From IMG/VR virus record IMGVR_UViG_3300032676_000720: 20,000 nt of DNA. One strand, given 5' to 3'. The position numbers and the translations under genes are program-made. Shown here piece by piece: positions 14,152-20,000 of the stretch (within the stretch, counting starts at the first letter, position 1; the number at the start of each line of letters is the position of its first letter). The DNA comes from an uncultured virus (IMG/VR IMGVR_UViG_3300032676_000720). Lineage: Duplodnaviria > Heunggongvirae > Uroviricota > Caudoviricetes. Below the pieces are notes generated by a model. The model was given only the letters and a program-made list of their open reading frames with translations. It did not search any database and was not told where the DNA came from.

Positions 14152-16248
14152 ATGTCCCAAATTATTATTAACACCGGAAATATTGCCAATGATGGCACTG
14201 GTGACCCGCTACGTACCGCATTTAATGATGTAAATAACAATTTTACACAGGTTTTTAGTGCCGGCCCGGTAGGTAGTAACATAGCAATCGCTAACAATAC
14301 TATCCAAACTACCAATACAAATGGTAATTTAATCCTTGCTACAAATGGTGTAGGAGTTGTTGTTCCGGCGGCTAATTTTGTTCCAGATAGACCAAACACT
14401 CGTTCTATTGGTACTTCAGCAGACCGTTTTTCTACAGTTTACGCCCAATATCTTAATGCCAATTCAGGTACATTTAGTGGTAACATTTATGCTGGAAATA
14501 TGCATTTTACTGGCAATGTTGTTACAGTTAACTACTCTACAGCAAATATTGGAAACCTTAATCTTACATTAGCGGCCAACGCTTCTAATGCCGCATTAGC
14601 TAATGGCGCTGGTATTATAGTTGCTAATGCCAATGCTAACTTAATTTATAATTACAGTTCTAATTCTTGGGATAGCTCAATTGCTATTACAGCCCCAACC
14701 TTTATTGGCGATGGCGCAAATTTAACCAATGTTGTTGCTAATGTTAATGCTATTAATTTATTAGGCAACACATTAAGTTCATCTGTTGTATATTCAAATT
14801 TAACTAGTTTTGGAAGTGTAACTAGTTTATCAGCTATAGGTGATATATCAACTACAGGTAATGTTTATGCTAACGCAATCGTTGGCAATACTATCTTTGG
14901 TGCTCTTAATGGCGACGGTAGTAACATTACTAATATTACGGCTAATGCTATTGTAGGTAATGTTCCATTTGCTCTTAATGCTAACTCAGCTTATACAGCT
15001 AACTTAGCAGCACTAGCCACACAAGCTATCAATGCCGACACAGCATTGTTTGCCATTAATGCTAACTTAGCAGCATTTTCTAATGTAGCAACTTCAGCAC
15101 AAACAGCTAACAGTTCTCATTACTCTATTCAATCAGACAATGCTAACTCTGCTGTTGTAGCAGGTATGGCTTATGAATTATCTCCTAGTGCTAATGTGTC
15201 CTTAACTGGAAACATTCAAGTTGGAGGCATTTTAACTAACGGTTATTACTATGCTAACGGTACACCATTTACTGGTGCTACTAGTAATGTTTCTAATTTA
15301 GTTAATGGCAATGCTATTTTTAGTTTAACATCAGATGGCGTGTTAAATCTTCCAGTAGGGCATAGTTATTCATACAATGCTACCCTTACTGGCTATGGCA
15401 GCAACACAGCCCAAATACATTTTAATTTAGTTTGCGATCAATCAGGCACACAAACTGAATGGCAAGCAGGAATTACCAATCCAGGTAACGGATATTCTGT
15501 AGGCCAAACATTTACATACGATTCTACATTCATAGGAATACCTAACGCATCTGTTAGTATCGAAGTCGCAAGTGTAAACGGATCTGGCGGAGTTACTAAT
15601 TTAGCATTTACACAACCTCCATTATATCCACCTAGCTTTTATCAATCAAATTCATTTATAGCGTTAGAAGCTAATACACAGCGTTGGACTTTTGGATTAA
15701 ATGGCAACTTAACATTGCCGGCCACTATAACTGGCTTGGCTACTGCTGTCACACTTAACGCTGGCCTCACAGTAGGCTACTCCACAGCGGCCAACGTGCC
15801 AACCATTGCTGACACAGGTACAGGCACAGGCCTAACTGTTGACATCATAGCCGATAGTGGCAACGCTGGTTCAATTACTAGTGTCACCCTTAATCAGCGT
15901 GGCCAAGGCTATGCGCCGGGTGATCAGTTAACTATTAATCAGCCCAGCAGTACTGGCAACGGTGAGTTAACTGTTGTGGCAGTCGAGACTGTCAATCCTA
16001 GCATTAACTATGCTAACGGTCAACCATATGGTGGTAGTGGTAACTTTACAGGTAATATTAATGCTGTTAATGTTACAGCTACCGGTAATGTTAGTGCTGG
16101 CAATTTATATATTGGTAACACACTTTTTACAAGAACACTTTTAGTAGGAACATGGACTGCCCCAGTTACTGTGCCGCTAGCAAGTAATAATAGTTTTAAT
16201 GTTTTAACTGCTAATGGCAGTTCTAACATCGTGGTATATACAACTTAA
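14152..16248 (+). CDS. Tail fibre/baseplate wedge-type structural protein
   Basis: N-terminal IINTGNIANDGTGDPLRTAF (T4 gp9/gp10-like); N/G/T/A-rich beta repeats. Confidence 0.75.
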   Translation: MSQIIINTGNIANDGTGDPLRTAFNDVNNNFTQVFSAGPVGSNIAIANNTIQTTNTNGNLILATNGVGVVVPAANFVPDRPNTRSIGTSADRFSTVYAQYLNANSGTFSGNIYAGNMHFTGNVVTVNYSTANIGNLNLTLAANASNAALANGAGIIVANANANLIYNYSSNSWDSSIAITAPTFIGDGANLTNVVANVNAINLLGNTLSSSVVYSNLTSFGSVTSLSAIGDISTTGNVYANAIVGNTIFGALNGDGSNITNITANAIVGNVPFALNANSAYTANLAALATQAINADTALFAINANLAAFSNVATSAQTANSSHYSIQSDNANSAVVAGMAYELSPSANVSLTGNIQVGGILTNGYYYANGTPFTGATSNVSNLVNGNAIFSLTSDGVLNLPVGHSYSYNATLTGYGSNTAQIHFNLVCDQSGTQTEWQAGITNPGNGYSVGQTFTYDSTFIGIPNASVSIEVASVNGSGGVTNLAFTQPPLYPPSFYQSNSFIALEANTQRWTFGLNGNLTLPATITGLATAVTLNAGLTVGYSTAANVPTIADTGTGTGLTVDIIADSGNAGSITSVTLNQRGQGYAPGDQLTINQPSSTGNGELTVVAVETVNPSINYANGQPYGGSGNFTGNINAVNVTATGNVSAGNLYIGNTLFTRTLLVGTWTAPVTVPLASNNSFNVLTANGSSNIVVYTT

Positions 16249-16268
16249 TTCACTAGGAAATAATAGCA

Positions 16269-19200
16269 ATGGCAAACCAAATCCCATTAATCGTAAATGC
16301 TGGCGCAGGTCAGATACAACAATTAGCAACAGAGGATAATCTTTCTGTTACTGCTAATGTTGTTACAGGTAATATTTTAGCAGGTGGCTACTTTTACGCA
16401 AACGGACAACCGTTTAGTGGCGGCGGCAATGCTACTCCAGGCGGCAGCAACACACAAGTTCAGTTTAATCTTGATGGCGCATTTGCTGGCGACTCTAGCT
16501 TTACATATGATAGTGCTAATGCCGCTAATGGCTTAATACTACAATCATCATTTGTAGCCAACCCAGGCGCTAGTATTTTAGAAGTACACGGGTTAAGCGC
16601 ATATATGGGCGAAGTAGCCGGAGGTGGTATTGAGGTTAATGCTGCTACTCACACAACTACTATTAGTACTCCTGCTACAAATATTACCGGCGATGTATCT
16701 GCCGCAGGCAATATTACTGGCAATTTTATTATTGGAGATGGTTCTCAGTTAACTAATCTTCCGTCAAGTACTCCTACAAATATTCAATATGGCACAACTA
16801 CAGTGGCTATTGACGCTCCAAGTGGTAATGTTTATATTCAAGTAGATGACAATCCAATTTGGACATTTAATTCTGATGCCACACTTACTGCTCCTGGCAC
16901 AATAATTGCTCAAGAATTAAATGCTGGCGACTACACATATGGAACTTCTGGCGATGCGTTTTTCCATTCTAATATTAGTGGAACTAGTATAGGCGTTACT
17001 GGTGGTGGTGGCATTGCCGTTGATGGTGGCGGCATCAGTATTGGTGGCACAGGCGGAGCAAACATTTTTGGTATTGCTAATGCTAACATTATTATTGGTG
17101 GTCCTTATACACAATCCGTTAATGTATTAACTCCTATCAATGCTACTAATAGTATCACAGCTACAAATTTTTATGGTACTGATATTTCAGCTTCGGGTAA
17201 TATTACTAGTGATGGCAAAGTTATTACAGTAGCTAGCAACTTATCAGATGGCGCAGTATCTGGTGCTGGATTAATTGCTGGAGCAAATACTGCTACTATT
17301 CTTTATGACAATAGCGTGTTTGGTTGGACAGTAAATCAAGGTTGGCACCCAGCGGCTAATGCAACATATAACTTAGGTCGTCCAACTCGTTATTGGAATA
17401 ATCTTTATTCAGTTAATGTTACAGCTGATAACATGGATATTGTCGACGGGCTTGCTAGTAATTCTATTACTTCTGGATCATTCTTATTAGCTAATGCGGG
17501 CAATTCAACTACTAGTATAATTCAACAAAATCAAAATCCTCCATTAGGTTCAGAGGCATTTGGTATTGAGTTATTAACCACTGCTAATGATAACCCTGGT
17601 GTTTACAGTAGTGTTTCTGCTGGGCCAGACTATGTTTCATTACAAAGTAGTAATGCTGGTAATGCTAATGTAACATTACAAGGTGGATATGGTATTACAC
17701 TTAATACAAGTAATGCTACAGGCGGTGGACAACAAACTTGGACCTTTACAGAAGGCGGTCAATTCCTTGCTGCCGGAGATGTTAGCACAACAGGTAATGT
17801 ATTAGCTCAAGGAGTAGTTTCTGCTACTGGCAATATTATTACTGACGGATACTTTGTTGGTAACTTTGCTGGTAACATTACAGGTAATATTGTTGTTCCT
17901 GGTTCAAATACACAAGTATTGTTTAACACAAACGGTAATGTTGATGCTGTTGGTGGATTAACTTATAACAAAGATTCAAACACATTAACAATTTTAGGTG
18001 TTGTAAGTGCTCAAGGCGATGTATTTGGAGCTACTATTAATGGCAATGGTGCTAACTTAACTAGCTTGTATAGTACTGTTGATGTCATTGCTCTTGGTAG
18101 AAATGCTGGCGGCGGCTCTTATGCTAATTCCATATCAATTGGTGTTGGTTCAGGTGACCAAGGAGCAAACTCAGTAGCAGTTGGTCCTTACAGTGGCGCT
18201 AATGCTCAAGGCAGTTATAGTGTAGCAATTGGTCGTAGCGCAGCTTATTCAGCTCAAGGAAATATTGCTATTGCTATTGGTCGCGGCGCTGGATGGGGCA
18301 ACCAAAGTGACGAAGCGATTTCGATTGGTTATGGAGCAGGTAATTCAACACAAGGGTACCAAGCTATTTCCATTGGTTCAAATGCGGGTGCTAATTCACA
18401 AACTGATAACGCTATATCAATTGGTTCAGCGGCTGGTTTTGAAACACAAGGCGAATTTTCAATTGGTATTGGACATATAGCAGGCGGATATTTCCAAGGA
18501 CCACAAGCTATTGCGATTGGTTTATCAGCAGGTAATACTACGCAAGGCGCAAATGCTATAGCGTTAGGATGGATAGCTGGTAATATTAACCAAGGCAGTG
18601 ATGGCATTGCTATTGGTACTAACGCTGGTAACAGTAATCAAGGCGTTGGAGCTGTTGCTATCGGCCGCTGGGCAGGCAATGGTAATCAAGGTATTAACTC
18701 TGTAGCACTTGGCCGCAATGCTGGTAATGTTAGTCAAGGTATAGAAGCTGTAGCTGTTGGTCATAGTGCTGGTAATACTACACAAGGTAATGCGGCAGTA
18801 GCCGTTGGTTGGCAAGCAGGTTATATCAGTCAAGCTGATTATTCTGTAGCGATTGGCGCTTATGCTGGTAACCTTAACATGGGTGCTAACGCTGTAGCCA
18901 TTGGATCCTTTGCTGGATATCCAAATTCAGCTAATAACTCTATTGCTATTAACGGCAATCCAACTCCATTAGATGCGCCTAACGCAGGCTTTTATGTAGC
19001 TCCAGTTCGCAATGACACAGGTAATGTAACTAATGTCGTTTATTACAATACTTTAACTAATGAAGTTACATATGGTCCAACAACCATTGGTAGCTCAATT
19101 GTTAATGGTAATAGTAATGTTTCTATTAGTACTGCTGGTGGCAACATCGACCTCAATGTAAATGGAAATCCATTTGGTAGTTTAGGATTTGGTGTTGCTT

Positions 19201-19991
19201 TAGGATACAATGCTGGCGGATCAGGAAATACAGCATTCCAAGAATCAGGCATTGCTATTGGTACGAGTGCTGGTAATACTAGCCAAGGCATACATAGTAT
19301 TGCTATTGGTTGGAATACTGGTGAATATCTACAAGGTAATAGTGCCGTAGCTATTGGAGAAAACGCTGGTTACGCACAACAGGGCGATTTTGCTATTGCC
19401 ATTGGGGCAGTAGCTGGTCGTGCGTTACAAGGTGCTAATGCTATTGCTTTCGGTACTCGAGCTGGATTAGAAGGCCAAGGAGCTTATGCTATTGCTATTG
19501 GTGCCGAGGCTGCTTCAAATAATCAACCTGTTAATAGTATTGCTATCGTAGCATCTGGTGTTGACCCAGTGCCAACTAACTCAGGATTGTATATTGATCC
19601 AGTTCGCAATGACACAGGCAATGTAACTAACGCTGTTTACTATAATACAACAACTAAAGAAGTTACATATGGCCCAGCGGGTGGCGGATCTAGTGTGGCC
19701 GAAGCGGCATTTACTATCCAATCATCTGACTTTAATGCGGTAGTTGGCAATAGATATGGAGTAGACACTACTAGTAATCCAGTAACAGCCACATTAACTG
19801 CGTTTCCTATAACAGGAACTGCTGTGTTCTTTGCTGATGCAGGCGGAGCATTTGCCACAAATAATTTAACAATTAACCCAGTAGGGCGAACCATTATGGG
19901 TTCAAGTGGCAACTATGTTGTTAATACTAACAATAATAGTTTTGGCTTGTTCTGGAATGGAACAACATGGCGCACATATAGTAATGTTTAA
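16269..19991 (+). CDS. Long tail fibre/adhesin with YadA-head-like 16-aa repeats
   Basis: 1240 aa; GSNTQVQFN motifs; QGxxAIAIGxxAG repeats; SD AGGA. Confidence 0.8.
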   Translation: MANQIPLIVNAGAGQIQQLATEDNLSVTANVVTGNILAGGYFYANGQPFSGGGNATPGGSNTQVQFNLDGAFAGDSSFTYDSANAANGLILQSSFVANPGASILEVHGLSAYMGEVAGGGIEVNAATHTTTISTPATNITGDVSAAGNITGNFIIGDGSQLTNLPSSTPTNIQYGTTTVAIDAPSGNVYIQVDDNPIWTFNSDATLTAPGTIIAQELNAGDYTYGTSGDAFFHSNISGTSIGVTGGGGIAVDGGGISIGGTGGANIFGIANANIIIGGPYTQSVNVLTPINATNSITATNFYGTDISASGNITSDGKVITVASNLSDGAVSGAGLIAGANTATILYDNSVFGWTVNQGWHPAANATYNLGRPTRYWNNLYSVNVTADNMDIVDGLASNSITSGSFLLANAGNSTTSIIQQNQNPPLGSEAFGIELLTTANDNPGVYSSVSAGPDYVSLQSSNAGNANVTLQGGYGITLNTSNATGGGQQTWTFTEGGQFLAAGDVSTTGNVLAQGVVSATGNIITDGYFVGNFAGNITGNIVVPGSNTQVLFNTNGNVDAVGGLTYNKDSNTLTILGVVSAQGDVFGATINGNGANLTSLYSTVDVIALGRNAGGGSYANSISIGVGSGDQGANSVAVGPYSGANAQGSYSVAIGRSAAYSAQGNIAIAIGRGAGWGNQSDEAISIGYGAGNSTQGYQAISIGSNAGANSQTDNAISIGSAAGFETQGEFSIGIGHIAGGYFQGPQAIAIGLSAGNTTQGANAIALGWIAGNINQGSDGIAIGTNAGNSNQGVGAVAIGRWAGNGNQGINSVALGRNAGNVSQGIEAVAVGHSAGNTTQGNAAVAVGWQAGYISQADYSVAIGAYAGNLNMGANAVAIGSFAGYPNSANNSIAINGNPTPLDAPNAGFYVAPVRNDTGNVTNVVYYNTLTNEVTYGPTTIGSSIVNGNSNVSISTAGGNIDLNVNGNPFGSLGFGVALGYNAGGSGNTAFQESGIAIGTSAGNTSQGIHSIAIGWNTGEYLQGNSAVAIGENAGYAQQGDFAIAIGAVAGRALQGANAIAFGTRAGLEGQGAYAIAIGAEAASNNQPVNSIAIVASGVDPVPTNSGLYIDPVRNDTGNVTNAVYYNTTTKEVTYGPAGGGSSVAEAAFTIQSSDFNAVVGNRYGVDTTSNPVTATLTAFPITGTAVFFADAGGAFATNNLTINPVGRTIMGSSGNYVVNTNNNSFGLFWNGTTWRTYSNV
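18159..18926 (+). repeat. 16 x 48-bp (16-aa) YadA-head-like repeats; second block of about 6 at 19239-19523
   Basis: QGANSVAVGPYSGANA ... MGANAVAIGSFAGYPN counted in the translation. Confidence 0.85.
19001..19676 (+). repeat. About 79-bp direct repeat (PVRNDTGNVTN.VYYNT.T.EVTYGP) at 19001-19079 and 19598-19676
   Basis: TCCAGTTCGCAATGACACAGG and GAAGTTACATATGG identical in both copies; 597-nt offset. Confidence 0.85.
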
Positions 19992-19997
19992 TAAATA
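19992..19997 (+). promoter_or_regulatory. Late-promoter-like TAAATA for the next gene
   Basis: Immediately after the stop codon of the fibre gene. Confidence 0.4.
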
Positions 19998-20000
19998 TAC

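Noticed and set aside
18159..19676. CRISPR array or diversity-generating retroelement TR/VR pair
   Set aside because: Repeats are in-frame coding repeats, differences are not adenine-specific, and no cas or reverse transcriptase gene is present
792..19912. Remaining short opposite-strand or out-of-frame ORFs in the track (e.g. 792-1001, 1124-1369, 1726-2085, 2575-2811, 5642-5872, 9634-9825, 10961-11197, 11073-11345, 12961-13209, 14133-14399, 18329-18833, 19043-19291, 19640-19912)
   Set aside because: They overlap well-supported genes and show no RBS or motifs

Overview
AT-rich, gene-dense segment of a large tailed dsDNA bacteriophage genome (T4-like/jumbo myovirus style, standard genetic code). 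Positions 1-14,060 form a minus-strand accessory region of about 35 mostly small genes with repeated sigma70-type promoters and intrinsic terminators. It encodes a SleB-like cell-wall hydrolase (5' part), AbrB-like and Hc1 histone-like proteins, GIY-YIG-like and HNH homing endonucleases, a cytidylyltransferase-cupin fusion, a dienelactone-hydrolase-like esterase, rubrerythrin plus a mini-rubredoxin missing from the ORF track, a 2OG-Fe(II) oxygenase-like protein, a metallophosphoesterase, a YubB-like protein and an HTH protein. Positions 14,152-19,991 are two plus-strand tail-fibre/baseplate-type genes, with TAAATA late-promoter-like motifs before the first and after the second. The most unusual signal is a roughly 200-260 nt multi-helix RNA leader in front of the cell-wall hydrolase; its closing stem overlaps the ribosome-binding site and it has competing pairings. 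Also notable are a structured RBS-sequestering leader on the HNH gene, an OxyR/LysR-like box before the rubrerythrin-rubredoxin pair, apparently leaderless genes, and repeated promoter-leader cassettes. All family calls come from motif recognition by eye; no searches were run.
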